Below, piece by piece: positions 23,971 through 39,058 of a DNA stretch of 64,000 bases. Origin of the DNA: Octopus sinensis (lineage: Eukaryota); assembly GCF_006345805.1 (NCBI RefSeq), contig NW_021836168.1, forward strand, positions 1-64,000. The letters run 5' to 3'. The position numbers and the translations under genes are program-made. The stretch's first letter is position 1, and each line of letters opens with the position of its first letter. Under the pieces are notes generated by a model. That model worked only from the letters and a program-made list of their open reading frames with translations, had not been told where the DNA came from and did no database searches.

Positions 23971-25069
23971 TATGTATGTATGTATGTATGTATGTATGTA
24001 TGTATATACATATGTATATATATTACTGATTCCAGTTCAGATATTCAACTTTTGGATTCATTAAAAAAATTATTTTGCAAGACAAAAGATCCAAATTTTG
24101 AGACCGTCATTAAAAAGTTGTGACAAAGTTGTAAGCCTATTTTTTTCTTTTTGTAGAAAAAATAGATAAAAACAGCAATTGAAAGACAAAATATAAAAAA
24201 TCATTCAAAAATCTGCATAAATTACCGACACTCGAGAGAAATGAAAATTGACTTTTATAACCACCAAACAATTGGATGTCTAAAAATTGTGTTGAAACGA
24301 ATCTTGAAAGTTTGCCATGTTGTTGTAACCTTTTTACCTCTGACATATGAAACAAATCTTGTCTTGAGAGGAATGGTGTAATTACATGCCTAATTTCCAT
24401 TCGTTCTTTGCTCAATTTATGAATGATTAGAATGAAATTTCATTCAAGATTTCACTATCATTTGTATCCATTCTTTTATTTTTTTATTTTTACTTTTTTA
24501 TTTATTTATTTTGCCTGATTTTTGTCATGACTTTTCTGTTGTGTTCATCTGAACCTGTATGAATTTCCTGAGTATAATGACATTTCTTTCTCCTCCATCT
24601 TTCACCCTGTTTTTTTTTTTTTTTTTTCTATTTTTCCATATTCAGCCATCTCTTCTCTACCACTCACTCCCTTCATTTAAATCGCAATTGGTTTCCGCCA
24701 TCCTGTCTTCCTACTGCCAACTGTTTTCTTTTTTTTAGATTTCTAGCCTTTGCAAAAGATCCTGTTTTGATGGCCTCTACAAGAACAAATGATTGATTGA
24801 AACATTTTGGATGCCAATTGAAAAAGTAAATAAATAAAATAAAACAAGCAAGTAATAAAAACACAAATATTTCGGTGACTGATGCATTCTTCTTTTTTTT
24901 TTTTTTAATAACTATAACAGCAGCGAAAGTAACACAGATGGTCATGTGGTGGACAAACTGCATAACAGTAATTTCTCCACTCTCAATATATTCCTATTTC
25001 AAATCTTCTACGTCCTGGATCGATTTTCCCTTTCTTCTCTCCAGACGTTTTTTAACATACCTGCCAGTA

Positions 25070-25595
25070 AAGGCGGCGAGCTGGCAGAAACGTTAGCACG
25101 CCGGGCGAAATGCTTAGCAGTATTTCGTCTGCTGCTACGTTCTGAGTTCAAATTCCGACGAGGTCGACTTTGATTTTCATCCTTTCGAGGTCGATAAATT
25201 AAGTACCAGTTACACACTGGGGTCGATATTATCGACTTAATCCGTTTGTCTGTCCTTGTTTGTCCCCTCTGTGTTTAGCCCATTGTGGGTAATAAAGAAA
25301 TAGGTATTTCGTCTGCCGTTATGTTCTCAGTTCAAATTCCACCGAGGTCGACTTTGCCTTTCATGCTTTCGGGGTCGATTAAATAAGTACCAGTTACGCA
25401 CTGGGGTCGATGTAATCGACTTAATCCGTTTGTCTGTCCTTGTTTTCCACCTCTATGTTTAGCCCCTTGTGAGTAATAAACAAATAAGAAACTTTAGCAC
25501 GCCGGGCGAAATGCTTAGCAGTATTTCGCCTGTCTTTATGTTCTAAGTTCAAATTCTGCCGAGGTTGACTTTGCCTTCCATCCTTTCGGAGTCGG
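25070..25595 (+). mobile_element. SINE B: head plus two tandem units plus partial third copy
   Basis: Junction AAAGAAATAGG|TATTTCGTC near 25302. Confidence 0.88.
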
Positions 25596-26739
25596 TGCCT
25601 AGAGCAGAAATAAATATACGTGCCAGCCGTATTCTTGTCTAATAATCTACAATCCTTCCCTACAAACATGTCTTTATGTGAACGCAGTATAACGTTATCG
25701 TCAGGACTACCATGTTCGTAGTATTCAGTAGTATAGTACAGTGTAATACTGTGTATTGTAGTAAGGTGTATTATAATAATGTTCGTCCGTCATTGTCGAC
25801 GATGACCACGGTCATCACGTCGGAGAAGATGGGTCACAGAGTGCCCGGCTATAGCCGATCAGTCCCATGCGTGCTCGTGGCCTCTACCGCATATGGAGCA
25901 CTGCTAGACTGATGGGAATGGAGGTAAGAAGTGTAATAGAGCCAGTAAAGTACAGTGTATTTCACAACAATTATACAAACATACATTTGTTGTTTAACCC
26001 TAGTTCGGGCCAGACCGAAAACAGATATGGCGAAATGGCTCCAACCGCAACAATCACGTCTTTCCGTATATCAGGGACTAAATTTCCCATTACATATCCT
26101 CCTTCACGTAAGGTTTTTTAAGTTTATATTGAGAAAATTTGGCAGTTATTTCTAGCAGGTCAGTAACCGCGAGGAGCCTCCATCCCATTTGGTTTGGTTG
26201 TAAATGTTGCTAAGTATAAATTGAGATATGATATGACTCCAACATTTTCATATTTGACCCTCACAATTTACTCTATATAAAACATTGTTTTGGTTGTCAT
26301 TTCTGTTTAACTTCAGAGTAGCCTTCTTTAGGAATGCATATGACCAAAGACGTTCCAACAGTGACCATTCTGTTATTGTGTATCTTCGACTGTATTATCT
26401 ACAACGTCCTTTGGGTTTTTAGACGAGTGAGTGTCGAATCGAGCGAGGTTTGGTTGCTATATCTAGACCACCTGAGCGGGTGAAGGTGTTTTCTTTTTTT
26501 TTTCCCCTAATGGTTAGTTGTCAATGTTGTTGCTTAGCTCTAGGCCAGAGCTTACTGAAGAGGTTCTAACCATGACCATCTCTTCTTTTTGTATGCTAAT
26601 GAGTACCTAAGACTACATTATACCCTGCGACTGTCCATTTTCAAGGCGATTTCTTCGTTAGTTTGCTTTCGCGATGGTGATGATGCTGGTAGCTGAGGAG
26701 AATGTCTAACTTGGTAGTGGCGGTGATGGTGGTGACAGT

Positions 26740-26761
26740 GATCGTGATTTTGACGGTGATC

Positions 26762-26792
<31 letters not shown>

Positions 26793-26875
26793 CTATTATC
26801 AGCATTATTCATACCACTAACACCACCACTACCACTACCACTACCACCACCAGCACGACCATCATCATCATCATC

Positions 26876-26913
<38 letters not shown>

Positions 26914-26990
26914 TATTATCAGCATTATTCATACCACTAACACCACCACTACCACTACCACTACCACCATCACACCACCACCACCACGAC

Positions 26991-27034
<44 letters not shown>

Positions 27035-27088
27035 CTATTATCAGCATTATTCATACCACTACCACCATCACACCACCACCACCACGAC

Positions 27089-27120
<32 letters not shown>

Positions 27121-27205
27121 CTATTATCAGCATTATTCATACCACTACCACCATCACACCACCACCACCACGACCATCATCATCATTATCATCATCATCA
27201 TCATC

Positions 27206-27254
<49 letters not shown>

Positions 27255-27357
27255 CTATTATCAGCATTATTCATACCACTAACACCACCACTACCACTAC
27301 CACCACCACACCACCACCACCACGACCATCATCATCATTATCATCATCATCATCATC

Positions 27358-27406
<49 letters not shown>

Positions 27407-27467
27407 CCATCACTATATCAGCATTATCCATACCACTACCACCATCACACCACCACCAACCACCCGA

Positions 27468-27499
<32 letters not shown>

Positions 27500-27585
27500 C
27501 TATATCAGCATTATTCATACCACTACCACCATCACACCACCACCACCACGACCATCATCATCATTATCATCATCATCATCATCAT

Positions 27586-27637
<52 letters not shown>

Positions 27638-27973
27638 CCATCAATATATCAGCATTATTATACACTAACACCACCACTACCACTACCACCACCACCACCA
27701 CCACCACCACGACCATCATCATCATTATCATCATCATCATCATCTTCATCATATATCATCATCATCATCAATCATCTCATCATCATTCATCATCTTCAAT
27801 CATCATCATCATCATCATCATCATCTTCATCATCATCATCATCATCATCTTCATCATCATCATCATCATCAGTCATCATCAGCATCATCATCATATTATA
27901 TCAGCATTATTCATACCACTAACACCAACACTACCACTACCACCACCACACCACCACCACCACGACCATCATC

Positions 27974-28016
<43 letters not shown>

Positions 28017-28230
28017 CTATTATCAGCATTATTCATACCACTAACACCACCACTACCACTACCACCATCACACCACCACCATCACGACCATCATCCTCAT
28101 CATCATCATCATCATCTTCATCCCCATCACGATCGTCATCATGTCCATCGTGATCACCACCACCAACAACACCACCACCACTGCCACTATCACCGCCACC
28201 GCCGCCACCGCCGCCACCATCGATGTCATC
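26740..28230 (+). repeat. Higher-order (CAT)n/(CAC)n minisatellite, about 10 units anchored by TATCAGCATTATTCATACCACTA
   Basis: Anchor recurs about every 85-250 bp with variable triplet runs. Confidence 0.92.
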
Positions 28231-28814
28231 ACCGTCCACATAAATGTGGAAATGTAATAAGAAAAAAGTAATTAATTGAAACTCTCCAAAACATGGTGAC
28301 AAAATATGTGGTGAGCCTTCCCTTCCCATCCCCACCCCGCCCCTTCCTCTTCCTCCTCCTCCTCCACCACCACCGCCAGCTCCTCCTCCAACTACGCCTC
28401 CTTATAACATTCTTTACTTTACTCGTCTCTTCCTCACCCTCCATCCATCCCACTCCCTCTCTTACTTCTCGTTGACCTTTTTCCCTTCCTCCGTCGTGTT
28501 TCTCCTTTTTTTTCTTCTTTTTTGCTACTAGCTCCTTTTCTTCTTCTTCTTCTTCCTCTTCCATTTTCCTCCTACACTCACTCCTCAAACCCAACCCTTA
28601 TCCCTCCTACGCCTCCTACGCTCCCTCCTCCTCCTCCCCTCCTCCTCCTCATTCCTTCGCGCTGTGATTCGTGATTCTGTTACTTGAACTCAAACTTTGC
28701 GATGATGGTTGGACACGTTATTCTTCTCTTCAATATCGAAATAGCTTTCAAAGTCATTCTGTCACCAACATCATCTTTTATCATCGCTTAGTGTTGTTGC
28801 TGTTGTTATGCTAT

Positions 28815-29225
28815 TTACTCTCTTTTACTCTCTTTTATTTGTTTCAGTCATTTGACTGCGGCCATGCTGGAGCACCGCCTTTAATCGAGCAACTCGACCC
28901 CGGGACTTATTCTTTTGTAAGCCCAGTACTTATTCTATCGGTCTCTTTTGCCGAACCGCTAAGTGACGGGGACGCAAACACACCAGCATCGGTTGTCAAG
29001 CAATGCTAGGGGGACAAACACAGACACACAAACACACACACATATATATATATATATATACATATATACGACGGGCTTCTTTCAGTTTCCATTTACCAAA
29101 TCCCCTCACAAGGCTTTGGTCGGCCCGAGGCTATAGTAGAAGACACTTGTCCAAGGTACCACGCAGTGGGACTGAACCCGGAACCATGTGGTTGGTAAAC
29201 AAGCTACTTACCACACAGCCACTCA
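28815..29225 (-). mobile_element. SINE group A
   Basis: Reverse complement of the A consensus, full length. Confidence 0.92.
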
Positions 29226-30279
29226 CAAATATCACATTTATCCCCATCATCATCATCTCATCATCATCATAATAATAATACTCAATATCATTTATTTGTT
29301 CTTGTTGCTATTATTATTATTATTCTTTCGGGGGTCGATGAAATAAGTACCAGTGAAACACTGGGGTCGATGTGATCGACTAGTCTCCTCCCACAAATTT
29401 CAGGCCTTGTGCCTATTGTAGAAAACGATTATCATATTGAGCAATAATATATCTCTGAACGAGGTATAAACAGTAACTGCACATCTCAATATGGCTAACT
29501 ATTAAAGGTGGATGTTACTAGCCTGTAGCCCCAGGAGTACATCGTCTCCAGCTGGCTTTAGGTACACTTTCTGTGTTCTTATGGTATTTGCAAAGGGAGG
29601 TCATCCTTCCCTCGTCAACCTAGGTGATACGCACGGACTGCAGTTTCTAGGTATTGACCTGTCCTCAGCGTACGACAATCACCGGTTTTCGATGAAAGGA
29701 GTCCCAATGCAAATACTTATATCGTTTTTCCAGTAACTTTTCGTCACTGATCTCGAAAAACTGTATGCAAGCAATAGTAAATCTCTGAACGAGGTATAAA
29801 CAGTAACTGCACGACAATGTGAGGTATACTTGCCATCTCAATATTATATTGAATTCTATTATTGAGTGATCGACCCACCTCTTTCCTTTTTCTAAGTTCC
29901 ACGTGGAAAGGAAAGTGAAGGTGGAGAGGGAAACGGTTCTTCCCAATAAATTTCTGAAAAGGTAGGTGACTGTGTCAAAAATGGTTAGAGTGAATGGCCA
30001 ATCACTAAGTATGCGCCTGTAGACTGGAGAACAAGAAGGAAGGCTTGTATCTTTGCGGGTCAGGTTAATCTTGGATCTATAGGGATTTTGATTGGTCCTA
30101 GTTGGAGATTTGGAAACTCAAAGATGAGAAGAAATGGCCGAGTTTCGTCACAAAATTCAGTGCCTCCTTGCTGGACGAATGTTCTTTCAGAAGTAAAAAG
30201 GTGTCCTTGTTTAATCCCATGGCAACGGTTTTTTTTCTTTTTTTTTGGTGGGGGGGGGGTTATCAAGCAACTGGGTTGC

Positions 30280-32694
<2,415 letters not shown>

Positions 32695-32811
32695 AGAAAA
32701 TAAATATACTTGTATATATTCTAGAGAGAAGAATTGAATGAAGCCCTGGCTTCTGTGTAGCAGAATGTGCGTCTTATCGGTTGAGAAATACCTTTTTATC
32801 GTTTACCGTTT

Positions 32812-33375
32812 ATCTTTTACTTGTTTCAGCCATTAGACTGCGGCCGTGCTGGGGCACCGCCTTAGTTTAATGTTCTATGTGGGGACATATACCTTTCTGA
32901 AATTTTCAGCCACTTCGTCAACGGTAGGACGTATTTTGTGTAGCCTGTCATTCTGTTTCTCGCCTAACTTTTTCAAACATGGTTCTTATGTCTCTCGGTC
33001 TCTTTGTTGGATTACTTAATTATGGGGACGTAAACACACCAACACCGGCTGTCAAGCATTGGTTGGGGACAAATACAGACACTAAGATACACACACGCAC
33101 ATATATATAAACATATAATATATGCGACGGGCTTCTTTCAGTTTCCCTCAACCAAAACCGTCTATCGCCTATATCACCACACACACACACACATATACAT
33201 TATCGATTGCGCATATATCATGGATGTATTTGGATAATACGCCGAATTTGCTGAAGGATAACGTCCGGGGAAAGCTCCCCAAACACTATAACAGAAGTCA
33301 CTTATCGAAGGTATCACGCAGTGGGATTGAACCCGGAATGATGTATTTGGGAAGCAAAGTTCTTACCACGCAGCC
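32812..33375 (-). mobile_element. SINE group A carrying a 98-bp piggyBac transposase fragment
   Basis: A-family flanks; 32873-32970 matches 31601-31698 at 84 of 98 positions. Confidence 0.8.
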
Positions 33376-34119
33376 AAACCAATTATATATGTTTCACATT
33401 TTCAGTTCAAACTCTACTGCGCCTAGTTTTAACTTACGTTCCCTCGGGCCGATTTATTGCTCATTTATTTATTTATTTATTGCTATGCATATTCTACACC
33501 ATTTACCATTCCCTTTTCGAAACCGGTCAAATATTTCTTCCAAACATTAAACGTGTGGCAGCCGTAAAAAAAATCAAGTCCATGTGTTATTTATAGTTTT
33601 ATAATATCTAAAACGTAGAACTGACGCTACAACCGCACTGCTGCTGCTGCTGCTGCTAATGACGATGATGAAAATGATGATGATGATGATGATGATGATA
33701 ATGATGATTGATATGATATAATTGATTGCCAATTTATGGACTCTAAATGATTTATGTCAGACATAAATAGACTTTTGTTAATGTAGTTAAAACTGTAGAA
33801 AGCAATATTCCAAATTGATGGAATTTCCTTTTACACCTCTCTGCCTGTTCTACAACGAATCACATGTCAGTAAGTGTATATAAGCTGTCCATGCATTGTA
33901 TATGCATGTGTGTACGCGTGCGCGTGTGTGTATGTGCATGTGTGTATGTGCGTGTGCGTGTCTGGTTGTGTGCGTCCAAATGTGTGTCAATGTGTGACAG
34001 TGAAAAATATAAGGAATATGTGTGAATATATATATATATATAATATATATATATATATATGCATATATTTCTGTAAATATATATATATATATATGTATAT
34101 GTAAATGTGTTTATATATC

Positions 34120-34237
<118 letters not shown>

Positions 34238-34289
34238 TATATATATGTATATATATATATATATATTATATATATATATATAATATATA

Positions 34290-34327
<38 letters not shown>

Positions 34328-34330
34328 TAT

Positions 34331-34670
34331 ACTTTATTTTAAGCAGCAGAAAAATCAACAAAATCTGTTACTCTGAGTTCTCGTTGCCGTTCATCAGACA
34401 GTTTTTGCTAGAATGGAACTGATATATCAATTCAATCTATACTCTTACAAACGCTACACCTTTAAAAAGAAATGGACTTGTTTGATTGGCCCTTTAGAAA
34501 AAACGGTCAATCTTCGAGCGATAAACAAAAAGGTCAAAAAATATGTATATATATATAAAAAAACTTATAAAAATTATAAAATCCGAGGAAAAAACCGAGG
34601 AAAAAACCTATTGACGTTAATGAAGACAGTGCAAATTAATGCATAGAAATTAAACCTGTTATAAATACTG
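34331..34670 (-). mobile_element. Probable Penelope-like element terminus abutting a ~300 bp (TA)n tract
   Basis: Carries a hammerhead-like fold and ends in (TA)n, like the 16.9 kb arms. Confidence 0.55.
34365..34402 (-). ncRNA. Degenerate minimal hammerhead ribozyme
   Basis: CTGT-CTGATGA-ACG(GCAA)CGA-GAA-CTC(A)GAGT-A-ACAG; stem I CTGT/ACAG; one stem II mismatch and one core A missing. Confidence 0.55.
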
Positions 34671-35119
34671 CAATACATATTTATATTAAAATCTACATAT
34701 ATATATCAACATACACAAAAGGATGCGCGTAAACGCCATACATACATATACAGACGTATGAATATGAATCTAAATATACACATAAAAGCATGTGTACATA
34801 TATTCACGCAAACCGTCTCGCACGCAAGCTAAAATTCATCTATGTAGCAATTCTCATATTCTGAGCAAGGAGGGGGAACGAAAGAAAGGGAAAGAGAGAA
34901 AAAGGAACGAAGGAGGGGTGGGGAAAAAACTTGTAACGATGTTATTGGCATCTATAGAGACCAGTATACATACACAAGTTTGAATGGATACATATACATA
35001 CCGTCGTGTATATGTGTGCTTAAGCACAAGCATACTTTCACTTACACATACACAGATACGCATGCTTACAAATACATATGCTTTGCTATACACATACTTA
35101 TATAAACATTCTAATTTTG

Positions 35120-35169
<50 letters not shown>

Positions 35170-35567
35170 GTTTGTTAATGTATTTACTGGCATACGTACG
35201 TGTGCTGTGTATCTGTTTTTGTATGCTACTCTGCGCGTGGGGGGGGCCTGATCCCGTGCGTGCATGTGTGTGTATGTACATAGGTGTCTGTGTGTGCTAT
35301 AAACTGTGTGTGGTTTAGTTGCTGCTTTGGTTTCATATAACAACAACAGTATGCTCGATACACACCAGCAGAAATTTGTCATAAAGCTGTCGTGCTAGTT
35401 GAGGTTCTTGTGTGTCCCCTGCCCTATACTGATCCAGCTTGATAAAAGGTATTCTAAAACGTGACCATTTTAGAAAGTGTCTCAGACTTCTCTAACAGGA
35501 TGACCTTAATTTTTTCCCCTTTATAAACTGTTTTTCTCTTTTCTTTTTCACCCACATTCGCTCTTAT

Positions 35568-35890
35568 TGAGGGAACGTGGTTTAGTGGTTGGGGTATTCG
35601 ATGCATGGTCGTTAGGTTCGTGAGTTCGATGCACGGCGGCGCGTTATGCCCTTCAGCAAGACACCTTATTTCACGTTGCCCCAGTCCACTCAGCTGGCAA
35701 AAATGCGTACTGCATGTATTTCAAAAGGCCAGCCTTCTCACATTCTGTATGAAGCTGATTCTCCCTGGAAACCACGTTAAGAGTAACTGTGTCTGTGAAG
35801 TGGTCATCCGCTCGCACGTTAATTTCACGAGATGGCTGTTCCGTGGATTGGATCAACTGGAACCCTAGTCGTCGTAACCGACGGGATGCC
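35568..35890 (+). mobile_element. CORE-like SINE with a group C 3' tail
   Basis: tRNA-like head, then CAGCAAGACACCTTATTTCACGTTGCCCCAGTCCACTCAGCTGG, then the C-type tail ending GGAACCCTAGTCGTCGTAACCGAC. Confidence 0.75.
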
Positions 35891-36465
35891 AGTCTTCCGT
35901 CTTTAAAGCATAAACTGCACTAAGAAGAATTATTCGGGATTCTCTCTCGCGGTCTCTTATTGGAAGAAACTCGACAGACACCTGTAGAAGTTGATCATAT
36001 CAACTTCCAATAATTGGCTGGTATTTTCTTTTATCAAACTCGGAAGGGGGAAAAGTAAACATCAGCTAGGTGGGATTAAGATTCAGAACCTAAAAGATTG
36101 CAACAAATTATTCGAGACATTAATATTCTCCCATAGTAAATACCCTACCTTTATTATTTCTTGCTATGTCAGGAAATTCCAGTATATTTATGCTTACCGT
36201 TTTATTACACATATATTGTACATATTTCATGTTTAATAAACACTTAGATGCTCCGTCCTTAATCTTTATTCACATATACAACCTTTTTATTTACTCGTTA
36301 ATCTCGCACATTTCACATTTCGCGCTTTAAACACATACCTGCATCCACACACATCAATAGACAGAGAGACAGACAAACAGACGGACATACAGATAGATAG
36401 ATACATACATACATACATACAAACATACATACATACATACATACATACATACATACATACATACA

Positions 36466-36496
<31 letters not shown>

Positions 36497-36660
36497 CACC
36501 TGCCCAGAATGCCACGAATCTTTTGGAAAAAGTCTCCGTATTGTGTTTGTGAACATTCGTTGTTCAATTTTTCAAACACAAGTTTTCTGGGCAAATCCGG
36601 ATAGTGATAGTTGTTTTTAGTAATGATATTGAATATTTCCGGTTTAGCCCCGGATTTAGA

Positions 36661-36721
36661 ATTGTTATAAAATATTCTTATTTTACCTTTCGAAGGTAAA
36701 ATAAGAATATTTTATAACAAT
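36661..36721. repeat. Perfect 29-bp hairpin, 3-nt loop
   Basis: ATTGTTATAAAATATTCTTATTTTACCTT-TCG-AAGGTAAAATAAGAATATTTTATAACAAT. Confidence 0.95.
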
Positions 36722-36894
36722 ATATTGTGAAAAAAAAAATGGAAATATTTGGGTTTTTCCATTTGCCCAAATGTCTAGTAGTTCACAACATGAAATAACG
36801 AAAGCGCTTACACACAATATACGCAATGCGAAAACTTATTCCCAAAACGTTCATGGCATTCTGTTTTTCAATTTTATTTTAAAATATTCTTTTA

Positions 36895-37105
36895 TTCTGT
36901 TATTCTTTTACTTGTTTCAGTCATTTCACTGCAGACAAGCTGAAGCGCCATCTTTAGTCGAGCAAATCTACCCCAGGACTTATTTCTTTGCAGGCCTAGT
37001 ACATATTCTATAGGTCTCTTTTGACGAACCGCCAAATGACGGGGACGTAAACGTATGAGCATCGGTTTTCAAGCGATCTTGGGAGACAAACACAGACACA
37101 CAAAA

Positions 37106-37140
<35 letters not shown>
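36895..37140 (-). mobile_element. SINE group A, 3' half
   Basis: CTTGTTTCAGTCATT... homology. Confidence 0.8.
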
Positions 37141-37160
<20 letters not shown>

Positions 37161-37202
37161 ATATATATATATACATACATAGATATGTATGTATACATGT
37201 AC

Positions 37203-37271
<69 letters not shown>

Positions 37272-38114
37272 CATATACAGAGACAGTGACAGAGAAAGAG
37301 GGAGAGAGAGAGAGTTAATAGATGAGATCCAGAGATGCTGAGTATAGAAAACACTTTGTAACGCTCAAATAATTTTAACTTAAACTCCGAAGTCTTTACC
37401 GATATGCTCCATCTACCAAAATTATTATGTAATTCCGAGCCCCCAGGAACGGTCAATGTGTGGGCTGAATTATATATAAAGTTATAAGCTTTATTTAGTT
37501 CGTTCAGATTTGCCTCACTTAGGTACATCTTATTGACAAGAGACAATAAACTCGAAACATGAATGCCTGAGATTTCTGAGAGAGGGCGACGCTGTAGGAA
37601 CTGGATGTTTTCACACCTCGTGTGTTGAAACAGATATTGTTGCATTTGGGGATGGTCATGTTGGCAGTTTAGCCAATATAAACATACGCACTATATATTT
37701 GGTGTTAATTTGCTTCAGCTTTATTTTATTTTTTACATTAATCTATTTCGGCCAGAGTTCTTTCGTCACACTTCTGTGACCTCATCAGTGGTTCCTTGCT
37801 TACTTCTTTCTTATTTGTGTGTCTTCCTTACTAACGATCAGCCATTTTGTATTTTGTATTCTTATTGTATGTGTCTTTATTTGCGCATGCGTATACCCCT
37901 ATGTGTGTCTATGTTTAGTAAGTGCGTGTGTGTGTGGGGGGGGAATGTCTGTATTATCTGTATCCCCTATTTATACACGTTCGTTTAAGTTGCTTTTATT
38001 TATTTATTTTTTTTAATTAAATAACTATATACGTTAACAAAATTATATTAAATTAAATGCAAAAAAAAGAAAGAATAAAAATAATAAGTAGGTTAAAACA
38101 CATGAACAAAATAA

Positions 38115-38440
38115 ATACGATCCCACGACCACGACCGCAACCTCGACCACGATCACGGCCACGTCCACGAGGATGAAGATGATGCTTATAATGAGGAGGA
38201 GGAAGAGGAAGAGGAGGATGGTGATGACTATGACAATGGCTGATGGTTGTGATGGTGACGACTGTAGCCATGACCACGACCACGACCTCGACCACGATCA
38301 AGGCCACGTCCACGAGGATGAAGATGATGTTTATAATGATGATGAGGAGGAGAAGGAGGAGGACTATGACGATGGATAATTGTGTTGATGATGAGGATGA
38401 CGACCACGACCTCGACTACGAGGATGAAGATGATGTTGAT
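38115..38440 (+). repeat. Degenerate minisatellite, three units with (CCACGA)n-GGATGAAGATGATG core
   Basis: Core at about 38115, 38272 and 38400. Confidence 0.8.
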
Positions 38441-38759
38441 AATAACGATGCTAGTAATAATAAAAGCGATGGTGAATATGTAGCTAATATTATGTTGCAA
38501 TTGTTTCTGTTTGTCGTTCATCGAGTTATTATTATCAAGTGGTTATTGTTATTGTTGTTGTGGCTGTCATTGTTAAAGGTTGTTATGATCGTCGTCGTCG
38601 TTGTCATTATTGTTTACTTTAGTCGAAGGTCACTGATGACATTGTTGTTGTAATTCCTGCTGTTCGTTGTTGTTCTTGCGACTGTTAAGATTGCATCTCT
38701 TGTTCTCAATTTTTTTCTGTCGCTACTTGTTTTTAGTCGTCATTGTAAGAAACAACAAC

Positions 38760-38844
38760 ACCAACTACTACTACTACTACTACTAACAATAATAATAATA
38801 ATTATAATAATAATAATTTAAAAAATGATAATGATAATGATAAT

Positions 38845-38883
<39 letters not shown>

Positions 38884-38884
38884 G

Positions 38885-38970
<86 letters not shown>

Positions 38971-39001
38971 CATAATAATAATAATAATAATGATAATAAT
39001 G

Positions 39002-39058
<57 letters not shown>

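Noticed and set aside
26702-27922. 406-aa ORF and overlapping ORFs
   Set aside because: Translations of CAT/CAC triplet repeats; several frames open; no complexity or domain
37740-37800. CTGATGA-GGTCACA-GAAG-TGTGAC-GAAA on the minus strand
   Set aside because: Stem II is out of register by one nt, and no stem I or stem III with a valid NUH site could be formed; at most a degenerate relic
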